From Elusimicrobiota bacterium (lineage in GTDB: Bacteria > Elusimicrobiota > Elusimicrobia > UBA1565 > UBA9628), in contig DAHVNA010000005.1 of NCBI GenBank assembly GCA_027319565.1, positions 548 through 64,547 on the forward strand: a DNA stretch of 64,000 nt. The letters run 5' to 3'. The translations under genes and the position numbers were made by a program. Below the pieces are notes generated by a model. It saw only the letters and a list, made by a program, of their open reading frames with translations, was not told the DNA's origin and did not search any database. How positions within the stretch are numbered: the first letter of the stretch is position 1; the number at the start of each line of letters is the position of its first letter. Of this stretch, positions 1 through 9,956 are shown in pieces.

Positions 1-1
1 A

Positions 2-322
2 AAATCGCAAAACGACCTATTATTAAGGAGCAAGCTCGAAAATATCGGGCAAGCGGCCGAGGCCTGCCTTGTCCTAATAGCGGCAAGCAAAAATCTTATC
101 AACAACCCAAGACCCAGCGCCCTGGAGCTAGCCCGCTGGCTGCGGAAATCAGGATACCCTATCGCCAGGGTTGACCGAATCCTCCAAAATGCCGCAAAAA
201 ATGGGGATATTCTTGTTTCCGGATCCCGCAGGGGACGCAGATATGAATTAAGCCCCAGCGGCAGACTCAAAGCTCTCCTGATCGCGGAAAAATTAAACAG
301 GCGCATCGGCGAAAGCCTCTAA
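2..322 (+). CDS. 3' end of a hypothetical protein, possibly winged-helix-like (runs off the window start)
   Basis: Frame 2 is open from base 2 to TAA at 320-322: ...SALELARWLRKSGYPIARVDRILQNAAKNGDILVSGSRRGRRYELSPSGRLKA...; the wing-like 'RRYELSPSG' pattern is only suggestive. Confidence 0.55.
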   Translation, partial: KSQNDLLLRSKLENIGQAAEACLVLIAASKNLINNPRPSALELARWLRKSGYPIARVDRILQNAAKNGDILVSGSRRGRRYELSPSGRLKALLIAEKLNRRIGESL

Positions 323-368
323 AACCTTAAAACAGACAAAAACGCCCGGCAAACCTCGCCAGTCCATA

Positions 369-396
369 ACTATTGATAATAAATATTATGTTACAT
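369..396 (+). other. Candidate dif site (XerC/XerD chromosome dimer resolution)
   Basis: ACTATTGATAA-TAAATA-TTATGTTACAT has the 11-6-11 layout; the right arm differs by one base from the E. coli XerD arm TTATGTTAAAT; it lies in an AT-rich intergenic gap between convergent genes. Confidence 0.7.
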
Positions 397-722
397 AATG
401 GGACCACAACAACACTTTATATAAATCAACAAAAATAATCATATAATAAATAAAATACTTATATTTATTTGATAATTTTTAAATTAAGATATATTTTATT
501 GATTTTTAAAATTAGCAGGTGATCGGTAAAGAAATTGGAGGCAAAATTTTACCAAGAATTTATAAATTTTGGGAATACGGACGCAAAAAATGGAAAATGC
601 GCTCGGAAATCAAGGAGTCAAGTTCATACAAAAAAACCCATGAGGCGCGGTTTCAAAAATTCGCCTCAAATTAAGCCAATTTAAGGAAAGAAGATTCAAT
701 CAGGATAAAACCAAGCAAAAAC

Positions 723-983
723 CTAAAAAGACGGGAAGAGATAAGCCCAGACAAGACCCAAAGCAAGCAAAAAATATCCGCCTAGAATCAAGATGGGAGA
801 AACCCAAGAAGCCCAGTTGCGGCCCAAGGGGTCGCACCAGGATAAAACCCAAAAGCCCAAAACCGCCACTAAAATCCCGCCCCACATCAGCCTTGTCCCC
901 CACCAAGTGAAAAGCGGGGGCTGGGAAGGTTCTAAAAGGGAGGCTCTCTTGGGTTTTTTATCCCCGCGGCGATGGCGAGACAT
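723..983 (-). CDS. Small membrane protein with two TM segments
   Basis: 86-aa ORF directly after the TPR gene; basic N-terminus and two hydrophobic segments. Confidence 0.6.
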   Translation of the reverse strand: MSRHRRGDKKPKRASLLEPSQPPLFTWWGTRLMWGGILVAVLGFWVLSWCDPLGRNWASWVSPILILGGYFLLALGLVWAYLFPSF

Positions 984-994
984 GGCTTAAACTC

Positions 995-1927
995 TTAAAG
1001 ATGCCTTCGCTTGCTTCTCTTTTGAGCCAAAAGAAAGCGCCGGACCTTTTTTAACTCCTTTTTTGCCTGAGAATCTCTAGGATCAAGGCTTAAAGTCTTT
1101 TTCCAGAAGTGCTGAGCCTCCTGATAATGGCCTAATTTCTGCGAGCTCTGGGCAAGAAAAAAATAGATTTTTTGGGGGGCAATTCCGATATCTTCATTTT
1201 CAGATGGAACCGCCTTTAAAAGATGGCCAAGGGCCCCTTGATAGTCTTTTTGACTCAAAGCAATTCTTCCTAGGTAAAATTCCGCTCTTTTGACGCCCTC
1301 CGGCGATGAGGCCTTGGCCAACTCGCTAAAGATTCCCGCCGCGGAGTTCTCCTCATGGTTTTTCCACAGAGAAAGGGCTAGATTTTCTTTAATAACCGGG
1401 TCTTTGGGAGAAAAATAGCTCAGGCGCTGGTACTCCGCCAGAGCATCGTTATAGCGGCCCGCCTGAAACAAGAGTTTCGCTTCCCTTTGCCGGATATCTT
1501 CATCGTCGGGGAAATTGCGCAGATACCGCTGATATTCTTTAAGGGCAAAGGGGTAAAACCCCAGGTTTTGGTACATAAGCCCTCGGTAATAAAAAATGCG
1601 CGAATCCAGCGCTCCAAGAGAACGCGCCTTTTCAAGGGTATTAATCCCTTGTGGATAAAAATGAGGACCCTGTTGGAAGTAATCAATTCCCAGGCTCACC
1701 AAGGCCTTGAGGTCCTCGGGATTGTTTTTAAGCCTCAATTGCGCCTGAGAAATCGTCAGAGCGGGATTTTGGACGGAGACCTTTCTTCCAAAAATAAGAA
1801 CCGCTAGCGCCAAGACTCCAACTAAGGCCAGAAAAGCGGATACGATATAGGCTCTAAGCGGAAGGCGAGACTTCTCCCCCCCGTGACTTTTTTTAATTTT
1901 GACGAGGGGAGAATCTCCAGAACTCAT
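995..1927 (-). CDS. Membrane-anchored tetratricopeptide-repeat protein
   Basis: N-terminal TM helix, then repeated TPR-like helices (YYRGLMY, FYLGRIAL, FFLAQSS...LSLDP). Confidence 0.8.
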   Translation of the reverse strand: MSSGDSPLVKIKKSHGGEKSRLPLRAYIVSAFLALVGVLALAVLIFGRKVSVQNPALTISQAQLRLKNNPEDLKALVSLGIDYFQQGPHFYPQGINTLEKARSLGALDSRIFYYRGLMYQNLGFYPFALKEYQRYLRNFPDDEDIRQREAKLLFQAGRYNDALAEYQRLSYFSPKDPVIKENLALSLWKNHEENSAAGIFSELAKASSPEGVKRAEFYLGRIALSQKDYQGALGHLLKAVPSENEDIGIAPQKIYFFLAQSSQKLGHYQEAQHFWKKTLSLDPRDSQAKKELKKVRRFLLAQKRSKRRHL

Positions 1928-3237
1928 TCTTCGGCCGACAAAATATCTCCCAAGGTCAGAGGCGAGGGAGCTTTAAGATATTGGGCCACGCGAGCGCGCT
2001 CTTGTTTTTCATTGTAGCGCTTAATAGAGACAAATAAGCGAAAAGTTTTAGCATCGACTCCAGAGACCAATGCTCCCACCTCATCTCCCACCTTGGACGC
2101 TTCCTCATCCATTTGAGAAGCCGGACAGAAAGCAACGACCGGGCTTCCTTTCTTGCCTTTCTCCGAAACAGGCTTCTGTTTCTCGCCTTTCACTTGAGAA
2201 GCGAGGACTTTAAAAGCCACTCCCGATGAGTCAACCGAAATGACCGTTCCGGTCACGATCGAACCCGATGGGTATTTCTTCCGCAGTAATTCGGCGGGGT
2301 TGGGCAGAAGCTGTTTAATCCCGAAATAAACCGCGCCTTCCGGCTTATTGGGATCGGTTCCCGGCATAATCTTTGAAACGACTTTAACCCGCAATTTATC
2401 TCCGCGCTTATAAAGCGGGGTAGAAGCCTCTCCCCAAGCGATATCCTCGGGACGGATAAGCCCCTTAAATCCGCCGATATCAATCGTAAGACCTTCAACC
2501 GAGGTCTTGGAAATGCGTCCAAAGCGGACCTGCCCCGCCTCGACTTCAGAAAATATTTTCGCGCGCCTCTGGGCCGCTTGCTCTTCTAAAACCGCCTTGC
2601 GGGAGGCGACCACTCTTTTATCCGCTTCGTTTAAATCAATGATATAACACTCAATTGTCTTGTTTAAAAGCGCTTCGGTATCAAAAACCGGGCGAAAATC
2701 CGCCAGTGAAGACGGCAAGAAGGCGGTGACGCCCGAAATATCGACCAAAAACCCGCCCTTGATTCCAGAGACCACCTTGCCGGAAACCCGCGAATGCTCG
2801 CGAAAAGATTTCGCGACCCCTTCCCAAGATAATTCCATTTTCGCTTTTCTATGAGAGAGAAGAGTCGTTCCATCAGAACGCTTCCCCGCGTAGAGAACGG
2901 CGATTTTTTCTCCGGGCTTAGGCATCACAATCGCCGAAGAGGCCGGCGCATCCTTAGGTTCTTTATGTTTTTTGGATGAGTCAGGACTCTTTAAATTTTT
3001 TTTGGGAGCGGAAAAGGTAAAATCCGAAGCGGGGATAAATCCTTCTCTCTTCTCGCCGATATCCACCCAAACGCCTTCGGGGGTCGAAGAAATCACATTG
3101 GCCCAAACAATCTGCCGGGAGGATATTTTTTTGGAGAGCCCTTCTTCCTGCGCGAAAAGAGCTTCCATCTCTTGCCGAGCTGCCCAATCTTCCTTGGACT
3201 CCGCCCCGACGGAATCATGCTGCATTTTATCTTCCAT
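1924..3237 (-). CDS. rpsA: 30S ribosomal protein S1-like protein with about four S1 domains
   Basis: S1 motifs VWVDIGEKREGFIP, KGGFLVDISGVTAFLPSS, IDIGGFKGLI; typical cmk-rpsA synteny. Confidence 0.8.
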   Translation of the reverse strand: MEDKMQHDSVGAESKEDWAARQEMEALFAQEEGLSKKISSRQIVWANVISSTPEGVWVDIGEKREGFIPASDFTFSAPKKNLKSPDSSKKHKEPKDAPASSAIVMPKPGEKIAVLYAGKRSDGTTLLSHRKAKMELSWEGVAKSFREHSRVSGKVVSGIKGGFLVDISGVTAFLPSSLADFRPVFDTEALLNKTIECYIIDLNEADKRVVASRKAVLEEQAAQRRAKIFSEVEAGQVRFGRISKTSVEGLTIDIGGFKGLIRPEDIAWGEASTPLYKRGDKLRVKVVSKIMPGTDPNKPEGAVYFGIKQLLPNPAELLRKKYPSGSIVTGTVISVDSSGVAFKVLASQVKGEKQKPVSEKGKKGSPVVAFCPASQMDEEASKVGDEVGALVSGVDAKTFRLFVSIKRYNEKQERARVAQYLKAPSPLTLGDILSAEE

Positions 3238-3286
3238 TTAACCTAACCTCTTGAGAGTAATCTATCCAAAATTTCAGTATATTGTA

Positions 3287-3976
3287 TTAAAGTTTTGCCC
3301 GACGATGACGAACCATTTTGAGAATTTTTTGGGCCACCGCCCGACGGCTCATATGGGTTGAGTCAATCAAAACGGCATCCTTGGCGAAACTCAAGGGATT
3401 AATCTTTCTTTTTAAATCTCCCAAATCCCTTTTCAAAATCGCCTCCTTGATTTTTCCCCAATTGGCGTCTTGCCCAGCGGCTTTTAGTTGGTGATACCGA
3501 CGCTTGGCCCTTTCTTCAACGGAGGCATCCAGATAAATTTTAAAATCCGCGTTGGGAAAAACATGCGTGGTAATGTCTCGTCCTTCCATGACGACCCCGC
3601 CGTCTTTGCCTAAGGTTCGCTGAAGCTTGCAGAAAAATTTCCGCACTCCGGGGTAAGACGCCACTTGGCTAGAGAAAGCCCCAACACGCTCATCCCGTAT
3701 ATGGGCCGACACCGGCACATCATCGACAAAAGTCTTTAAGGTGACGCCGTCGGAAGAGGGACGAAATTCCCAATGAATTTGATGAGCTAGTTTCACGACC
3801 TTCTTTTCATCGCTAACGTCTAATTTGTTTTCCAAGGCCTTCCAGGTCAAAGCTCGGTACATCTCTCCGGTGTTGACGAAGTAATAGCCCAAAGACTTTG
3901 CCACCCATTGGCCAATGGTTGACTTTCCCACTCCGGCGGGGCCGTCCATCGCGATAATAAAACCCTTTTTCTTCAT
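3287..3976 (-). CDS. cmk: Cytidylate kinase
   Basis: IAMDGPAGVGKST P-loop, GEMYRA, VMEGRDI. Confidence 0.95.
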   Translation of the reverse strand: MKKKGFIIAMDGPAGVGKSTIGQWVAKSLGYYFVNTGEMYRALTWKALENKLDVSDEKKVVKLAHQIHWEFRPSSDGVTLKTFVDDVPVSAHIRDERVGAFSSQVASYPGVRKFFCKLQRTLGKDGGVVMEGRDITTHVFPNADFKIYLDASVEERAKRRYHQLKAAGQDANWGKIKEAILKRDLGDLKRKINPLSFAKDAVLIDSTHMSRRAVAQKILKMVRHRRAKL

Positions 3977-5070
3977 TTTAAAATGTCTTTCAAGCTCTTC
4001 AAAAGTTTAAGGTGGTCTTGTCTTCTCCCAATGCTGATGCGCACATGAAAGGAAAGCCCGTATTCATCTAAAGGACGAATGATGATTCCGCGCTCAAGCA
4101 GTTTCTGAAAAAGTTGTTTTCCCGGGATCGGCGATTTCGCGAAAACAAAATTACAGGCAGAAGAAATAATCTCAAAGCCCAAGGGAGGAAGAGACTTTTC
4201 CAGAAAGGCTTTCTCTTTAAGATTTAGCAACACTCCCTTTGACACAAAGCGAGCATCTTTAATCGCCGCGATACAAGCTCTTTGGGCCGGCAAACTGACG
4301 TTAAAAGGCATCCGGATACGGTCCATCCATCCTATGATTTCAGGACTTGTCACGACATATCCGACCCTTAAACCCGCAAGGCCATAAGCCTTAGAAAAGG
4401 TTCTCAATACCGCCACATTAGGTAGCCCTGGTGTCCACAAGGGAATACTTTCGGGATAGTCTTTTTCTAAACGCGCGTAATGATAATAAGCTTCGTCTAA
4501 AATCAAAATCGCCGAAGGCGGAAGCCGGAGAATAAATTTTTCAAGCTCTTTTTGCGAGTTATACGTCCCTGTGGGATTATTGGGATTCGGAATAAAAACA
4601 AGGCGCGTTCTTTCGCTTAAGGCGGCGGCCATGGTCTCAAGATCTAATTTCCAATTTTTCATCGGAACTTCAATAACGCTTGCGCCCATCAACATCGATT
4701 GCTGGCGAAAACGGACAAAGGCGTATTGGGAGGTCAGGGCTTCTTGGTTTTCATCAAGAAAAGCCTCGCAAAAAAGGCGAATGATCTCATCGGAGCCGTT
4801 GCCAATTAAAACCGATTCCTCCGGAATTTTGTGAAATTGGGCTAAAGCCTTTCTCAATTCGGGGCTGGCCCCTTCCGGATAGAGAAAGCAATCCTCGGAG
4901 GCCTTCTGGTAAACAGACATCGCTTTTGGAGAGGCCCCCAGGGGGTTTTCGTTGGAAGCGAGCTTAATGACCTCTTTAAGCCCAAATTCTCTGCGTACGG
5001 ATTCAATGGATTTCCCGGGGATATAAGGAGAAATTTTTCGCAGCGCTGGGCGGGGAACTATTTGTGACAC
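3973..5070 (-). CDS. hisC: Histidinol-phosphate aminotransferase (start moved to GTG at 5070)
   Basis: KLASNENP, GNGSDE, PNNPTG, DEAY, RTFSKAYGLAGLRVGY; AAGGAAGG RBS before the GTG. Confidence 0.95.
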   Translation of the reverse strand: MSQIVPRPALRKISPYIPGKSIESVRREFGLKEVIKLASNENPLGASPKAMSVYQKASEDCFLYPEGASPELRKALAQFHKIPEESVLIGNGSDEIIRLFCEAFLDENQEALTSQYAFVRFRQQSMLMGASVIEVPMKNWKLDLETMAAALSERTRLVFIPNPNNPTGTYNSQKELEKFILRLPPSAILILDEAYYHYARLEKDYPESIPLWTPGLPNVAVLRTFSKAYGLAGLRVGYVVTSPEIIGWMDRIRMPFNVSLPAQRACIAAIKDARFVSKGVLLNLKEKAFLEKSLPPLGFEIISSACNFVFAKSPIPGKQLFQKLLERGIIIRPLDEYGLSFHVRISIGRRQDHLKLLKSLKDILK

Positions 5071-5783
5071 GATGGTCCTTCCTTTGCCGTGATAAAAGCG
5101 GACATACGTTCTGAGTCTCCTTTGCGAAATGAGAAATATCCCGGCGAACAAACGGTGCATTCCGAACTTAGATAAATTGAATTTTCCGACAGCCCTGCGC
5201 GCAATAGCTGGTTTTTGGCTTCGAGATTTAAATCAAGACGCAGCCCTTTTTTGTCCTCAATAAAGTCTTCAGGTGGGAAAAATTCCTTAATTTCAGGGCC
5301 CACTTCGCAACAGCAAGATCCGATGTGAGGGCCGGCCGAGGCCAACAACTCTTCCGCGTTGACGTTAAAAACTCTCTGCATCTCGGTAGCGGCAATATAG
5401 GCGAAACTTTTGGCCATTCCCCGCCACCCGGCGTGAAAAACCCCGAAAACCGGGCGTTTTCTGGACCATATAAAAAGTGGAACACAATCGGCCACCAAGA
5501 CCATGGGAATCACTGCTTCTTGGCGACAAAACCAGCCATCGCCTTCAAGAATCTTTTCTTCGTCTTTCTCGGCCTCAAAAATCTTCGTTCCGTGGACTTG
5601 GCTTAAGACACGCGGAGTTTTTCCGCTCAAGTCCGAGATTTCCGAAAAAACTCGTTTGCGAACCTGAAGGTCTTTGAGGTTTCCCAAAGAACGTTTAGTC
5701 AAACCGCCGAAAAAGCCGCACTCGGCCATCCGCGAGTCCTGCCAGAGGCTTTGCGATAAAACTTCAGGCTCTCTGATCGGCAT
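5058..5783 (-). CDS. pgeF: PgeF/YfiH family protein (peptidoglycan editing factor / purine nucleoside phosphorylase)
   Basis: QVHG, ADCVP, HAGWRG, GPHIG, YFSFR motifs; downstream of ftsZ. Confidence 0.9.
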   Translation of the reverse strand: MPIREPEVLSQSLWQDSRMAECGFFGGLTKRSLGNLKDLQVRKRVFSEISDLSGKTPRVLSQVHGTKIFEAEKDEEKILEGDGWFCRQEAVIPMVLVADCVPLFIWSRKRPVFGVFHAGWRGMAKSFAYIAATEMQRVFNVNAEELLASAGPHIGSCCCEVGPEIKEFFPPEDFIEDKKGLRLDLNLEAKNQLLRAGLSENSIYLSSECTVCSPGYFSFRKGDSERMSAFITAKEGPSCHK

Positions 5784-6483
5784 AGAGTTTTGTTTTATTT
5801 TCAGAAGCGGGTTTAAGCGAACGAATAGGGCGAACCCATTTGGTAAAGCTAGACGGCTTTAAAGAGTATTCATGAATCAATCGAATCACCTCGGAAATAG
5901 GCAGAAATTTTTCCCAATTGAGCCTTAAGATGCGCACTCCCGCCTGTTCCATTTCCGCAACGAATTGATCATAGTTAGACTGAAGATATTTTAAATACTC
6001 AAGCGTAATTGTTTTCTCCATCGGGCGTCCGCGGGCTTTAATGCGCTCAAGAGCGGTTTCAGGGCTGCACTGAATATAGACGAGAATTTGCGGAAAAACA
6101 AGCTCGCGAAGCACCATGTTGTCGAAGAGATCTAAATAGGTGTTGTAATCCAAATCTGAAATAATCTTGTCGGGATGAGCGTTGAGCATCCGCGCAAAAA
6201 TAGTGTCTTCCCAAATGGTGCGGTCTTGAACCACTCCTCTAATTTTTCCAAGACTGATGCGAGTCACGAATTCCCGGTGCTGCCTGAAACGATGATTGAG
6301 AAGCCAAACCTGCATCATCGTGCCGTATCCTTTCATGTCATGATAAAAATGCTCGAGATACGGATTTCCCTCGACTTCTTCCAGAACCGGCTCAAAATTG
6401 AGAGCCTTGGCCAAATCGACAGTCAAGGTGGACTTTCCAACTCCGATAGTTCCCGCGATTCCTATATAGCCTTCGGCAAACAT
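5764..6483 (-). CDS. Deoxynucleoside kinase (dAK/dGK family)
   Basis: IAGTIGVGKST, NPYLEHFY, QDRTIWED, RIKARGRPME. Confidence 0.9.
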   Translation of the reverse strand: MFAEGYIGIAGTIGVGKSTLTVDLAKALNFEPVLEEVEGNPYLEHFYHDMKGYGTMMQVWLLNHRFRQHREFVTRISLGKIRGVVQDRTIWEDTIFARMLNAHPDKIISDLDYNTYLDLFDNMVLRELVFPQILVYIQCSPETALERIKARGRPMEKTITLEYLKYLQSNYDQFVAEMEQAGVRILRLNWEKFLPISEVIRLIHEYSLKPSSFTKWVRPIRSLKPASENKTKLYADQRA

Positions 6484-6486
6484 TTT

Positions 6487-7566
6487 TCACCCCATCCGGA
6501 TTTCTTGTTCAATTCCCTTCATCGCCAGTTTCAAATCGTCAGGACTGGTGGCGGCATCCATGATATCGTTTTCGGAAGCGAGTCCATCTTTAAAAAGACG
6601 AAAGAGAGATTGATTAAAAGTTTGCATCCCGTAAAATTGTCCTTTGCCGATGGCTTGAACGATTCCATTGGAATCGTTATCCTCAATGAGTTTTTTAATA
6701 TGGGCGGTGACGATCATGATTTCTAGAGCCGGAACCCGTCCCCCTTTTGAACAGGACAAAAGTCTCTGGCTGATGACGGCTTTGAGGGTTTCGGCTAATT
6801 CTTTACGCATCAAATTCTGTTGGTGGGGAGGATAGAGATCGATAATGCGGGTAATGGTCTGAGCCGTGTCGACCGTGTGCATGGTCGCCAAAACCAAGTG
6901 CCCGGTCTGAGCCGCCGTCAAAGCCGCCATGGTCGTTTCAAGATCGCGCATTTCTCCAAGCAAAATAACGTCGGGGTCCTGCCTTAACGCCATTCTAAGG
7001 CCTTCCGCAAAAGAATCGGTGTCCTGGCCGATTTCTCTTTGAGTGACAATGGCCTTTTTATCTTTATGTAAAAATTCGATAGGGTCCTCTACCGTCAGAA
7101 TATGACAAGGCCTAGTTTCGTTGATGGCATCTACCATCGCCGCCAAGGTCGAAGATTTGCCAGAACCAGTCGCTCCGGTCACCAATACCAAACCGCGCCG
7201 TAGATCCGCGATTTTTCGCAGCGTCGCGGCCGGAAGCTTGAGCCCCTGAAAAGAGGGAATTTCAACCGGAATATAGCGAATGGCCAAAGACAAGCGCCCT
7301 CGTTGATGGAAAGCATTGACGCGAAAACGCGCGACATTTCCGGCTTCAAAGGAAAAATCGCACTCGCCTTTTTCATCGAATATTTTTTTCGCATGGGGGG
7401 TGATCAGTTTTTTTAAAATATCCTCGACCAAGGTCTGCGTCAGTATCTCTTGTGAAAAAGGCGTCAATTGTCCGTCAATGCGAATATGGGGAACTCCGCC
7501 AACTCTCAGATGAATATCGCTGCCTTTTTTGTCGATAGTCGCCTGCAAAACGCTTTGAATATCCAT
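6487..7566 (-). CDS. pilT: PilT/PilU family type IV pilus retraction ATPase
   Basis: SDIHL, GATGSGKSST, EDPIE, LRQDPD, GEMRD, TGHLVLATMHT. Confidence 0.9.
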   Translation of the reverse strand: MDIQSVLQATIDKKGSDIHLRVGGVPHIRIDGQLTPFSQEILTQTLVEDILKKLITPHAKKIFDEKGECDFSFEAGNVARFRVNAFHQRGRLSLAIRYIPVEIPSFQGLKLPAATLRKIADLRRGLVLVTGATGSGKSSTLAAMVDAINETRPCHILTVEDPIEFLHKDKKAIVTQREIGQDTDSFAEGLRMALRQDPDVILLGEMRDLETTMAALTAAQTGHLVLATMHTVDTAQTITRIIDLYPPHQQNLMRKELAETLKAVISQRLLSCSKGGRVPALEIMIVTAHIKKLIEDNDSNGIVQAIGKGQFYGMQTFNQSLFRLFKDGLASENDIMDAATSPDDLKLAMKGIEQEIRMG

Positions 7567-7572
7567 AGTCTC

Positions 7573-8703
7573 TTATTTGAGCCTCCGGGTCTTGAGCCTC
7601 AGAAACGCGGGTTTGGATAAATCATCCAAGTCCTGCGGCTTTGAGGCGTCCACCGAGCCTTTTTTTCTCCCCGCAAGAATGATTTCATTGGGATCATCCT
7701 GTAAATGATTGGCTTTAAAAAAATGGCGCGGATTTCTTCTTACTGGAAAACCAGTAGCGATCACCGTGATGCGAATTGAATCGCCCAAAGAATCGTCATA
7801 GGCCTTTCCCATTTTAATTTTGGCGTCAGGACTGGCGGCGCCCGTGATTAAATCCATCGCTTCTTCCATTTCCGCAAGCTTAAGCCCGTCTTTGCGCCCG
7901 GTGATATTGACGATTAAGCCCTTGGCGCCATCCATGACGACATTCTCAAGAAGCGGAGAATGTATCGCCGCCTTGGCCGCGGCCGCCGCACGCCCCATTC
8001 CCGAGGCTTCTCCCATCCCGATTAAAGCTTCTCCGGCGTCTTTCATAATCGCCCGCATATCGTTTAAGTCCATATTGATATTGCCGGGCATGGTAATGAC
8101 GTCTGAAATAGATTGAATCGCTTTTCTTAAGACATCATCGGCTAAGTGAAACGCGGACTCCGCCGTTGTCTCTGAATCGCTGACATCAAGCAAACGCTGA
8201 TTGGGAATCACTAACAGGGTATCCACATTCTTGCGCATCTCTTGAATTCCCTGCTCCGCGATATTGGCGCGATTGAGTTTTTCAAAAGCGAAGGGCCTGG
8301 TGACGACTCCCACGGTTAAAGCGCCTAAATCGCGGGCAATTTGAGAAACCAAGGGGGCGCCGCCGGTTCCCGTTCCGCCCCCCATCCCCGCAGTAATGAA
8401 AACCAAATCCGACCCCTTGAGGATTTCGCGAATCTGTTCGGCGCTCTCTTCCATTGCCGCGCGCCCGCGCGCGGAATCTCCGCCAACCCCAAGGCCTTTA
8501 GTGAGTTTTTCCCCAATCTGAACGCGAATATGCGCCAAACTTCTTCTGAGGTCTTGGGCGTCGGAATTGGCCGCGATCAGTTCAACCGCCTTAATTCCAG
8601 CTTCCGCCATCCGGTTAATCGCGTTTCCACCGGCTCCGCCGACTCCAATGGCCTTGATGACGGCGCGGGTTTCATGCACGTCTTCTAAAACCTGGATTTT
8701 CAT
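7573..8703 (-). CDS. ftsZ: Cell division protein FtsZ
   Basis: GVGGAGGNA, GMGGGTGTG tubulin signature, C-terminal PAFLR tail. Confidence 0.98.
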   Translation of the reverse strand: MKIQVLEDVHETRAVIKAIGVGGAGGNAINRMAEAGIKAVELIAANSDAQDLRRSLAHIRVQIGEKLTKGLGVGGDSARGRAAMEESAEQIREILKGSDLVFITAGMGGGTGTGGAPLVSQIARDLGALTVGVVTRPFAFEKLNRANIAEQGIQEMRKNVDTLLVIPNQRLLDVSDSETTAESAFHLADDVLRKAIQSISDVITMPGNINMDLNDMRAIMKDAGEALIGMGEASGMGRAAAAAKAAIHSPLLENVVMDGAKGLIVNITGRKDGLKLAEMEEAMDLITGAASPDAKIKMGKAYDDSLGDSIRITVIATGFPVRRNPRHFFKANHLQDDPNEIILAGRKKGSVDASKPQDLDDLSKPAFLRLKTRRLK

Positions 8704-8706
8704 CTT

Positions 8707-9948
8707 TTAAAAAAGCTCCTGAAAGACCGAAGTCATATTTTTAAGCCACGCCGGCTTTTTGCTGGGCATTATGCGGCGATTCGGGGAAGCGATGGAAAGC
8801 GGGAGAGAGTTGGCTAAAAGCCCCAGCGCGGTCGAATACGCCGGAGACGCCCAGATTGAATCGACCGCGAACATCTCCGGATGAGCCACCGCCACGCGAG
8901 CGGGAATACCCAGAATTTGGTTTGCCGCATCGCTCATGCCCCGCATTAGAGCTCCCCCTCCCGCTAAAATGACTCCGCCAGGTCCGACGACATCGGCATA
9001 TGAGGAGCCTCGGATATCTTCTTCAATTAAGGTCAAAATTTCTTCTACGCGCGGAAGAACGATGCCCATGACCGCGCTCACCTTGATTTTGCCCGGGGTG
9101 CGGCCATCAACCCCATTAAATTCCAATTCCTCGTCTTCTCCCAAAAAAGATGGATGGGCAAACCCATGCTCGACTTTGAGACGTTCCGCCGTCGCTAAAG
9201 AGGTGCGAAGCCCCACCGCCAAGTCTCGAGTGATGAAATCAGATCCAACGGGGAGCTCTTTGGAATAGCGAATGCTCCCCTCGGAGTATATTCCAATCGA
9301 AACCGATTGTCCGCCAATGTCGACAAAAAGAGCCCCCAACTCTTTTTCCTCGGGCGTCACCAAGACGTCTCCCGCGGCCAACAAACCGTAAACCGTTTCC
9401 TTGGCCTCAAAGCCCGCTTGGGCCACCGCTTTCGCCAAATTATTTAAGTGCGCCGAAGAAGCGGTGACGATGTGGACCTCGACTTCCAGCAAAGAGCCTT
9501 CCATTCCCACCGGATCCGGAACGCCTCTTTGGCGGTCCAAAGTGTATGACTGAGGCATCACGTGCAAAATCTCTCGATCGGAAGAAAGGGGAAGGGCCTT
9601 GGCATTGGCGATGACGCCCTCGACATCCTCGGGAGTAATTTCCTTATCGGTCCGGGCAATATTAAAGGCGCCTCGGTTATTAAAAGATTGCAAATGGCTG
9701 CCGCGAATACCGACGACGAGTTCTTTGACCTCGCAATGGGAATCTTTTTCCGCCCGTTCAACCGCGTCCCGAATGGAGCGAGCCGTCTCTTGAATATTAA
9801 TGACCACTCCGCCTTTAAGCCCGCGACAAGGGACGCTAGCCCCCCCAATGACCCGCACCAAACCCTGCCCTTCTCCGCGCTCGCCAATCAAGCAAGTAAT
9901 GCGGCTACTCCCGATATCGAGCCCCGCCAACACATTTTCCGTAGACAT
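8707..9948 (-). CDS. ftsA: Cell division protein FtsA
   Basis: GLDIGSSRI, PVGMEG, VDIGG, AERLKVEHG; adjacent to ftsZ. Confidence 0.97.
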   Translation of the reverse strand: MSTENVLAGLDIGSSRITCLIGERGEGQGLVRVIGGASVPCRGLKGGVVINIQETARSIRDAVERAEKDSHCEVKELVVGIRGSHLQSFNNRGAFNIARTDKEITPEDVEGVIANAKALPLSSDREILHVMPQSYTLDRQRGVPDPVGMEGSLLEVEVHIVTASSAHLNNLAKAVAQAGFEAKETVYGLLAAGDVLVTPEEKELGALFVDIGGQSVSIGIYSEGSIRYSKELPVGSDFITRDLAVGLRTSLATAERLKVEHGFAHPSFLGEDEELEFNGVDGRTPGKIKVSAVMGIVLPRVEEILTLIEEDIRGSSYADVVGPGGVILAGGGALMRGMSDAANQILGIPARVAVAHPEMFAVDSIWASPAYSTALGLLANSLPLSIASPNRRIMPSKKPAWLKNMTSVFQELF

Positions 9949-9956
9949 CTGACCCC

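Noticed and set aside
400..700. AT-rich tract as a possible oriC/DUE
   Set aside because: No cluster of DnaA boxes and no dnaA/dnaN nearby; a dif-like site fits better
1650..1658. Perfect DnaA box TGTGGATAA
   Set aside because: Single copy inside the TPR coding sequence; expected by chance
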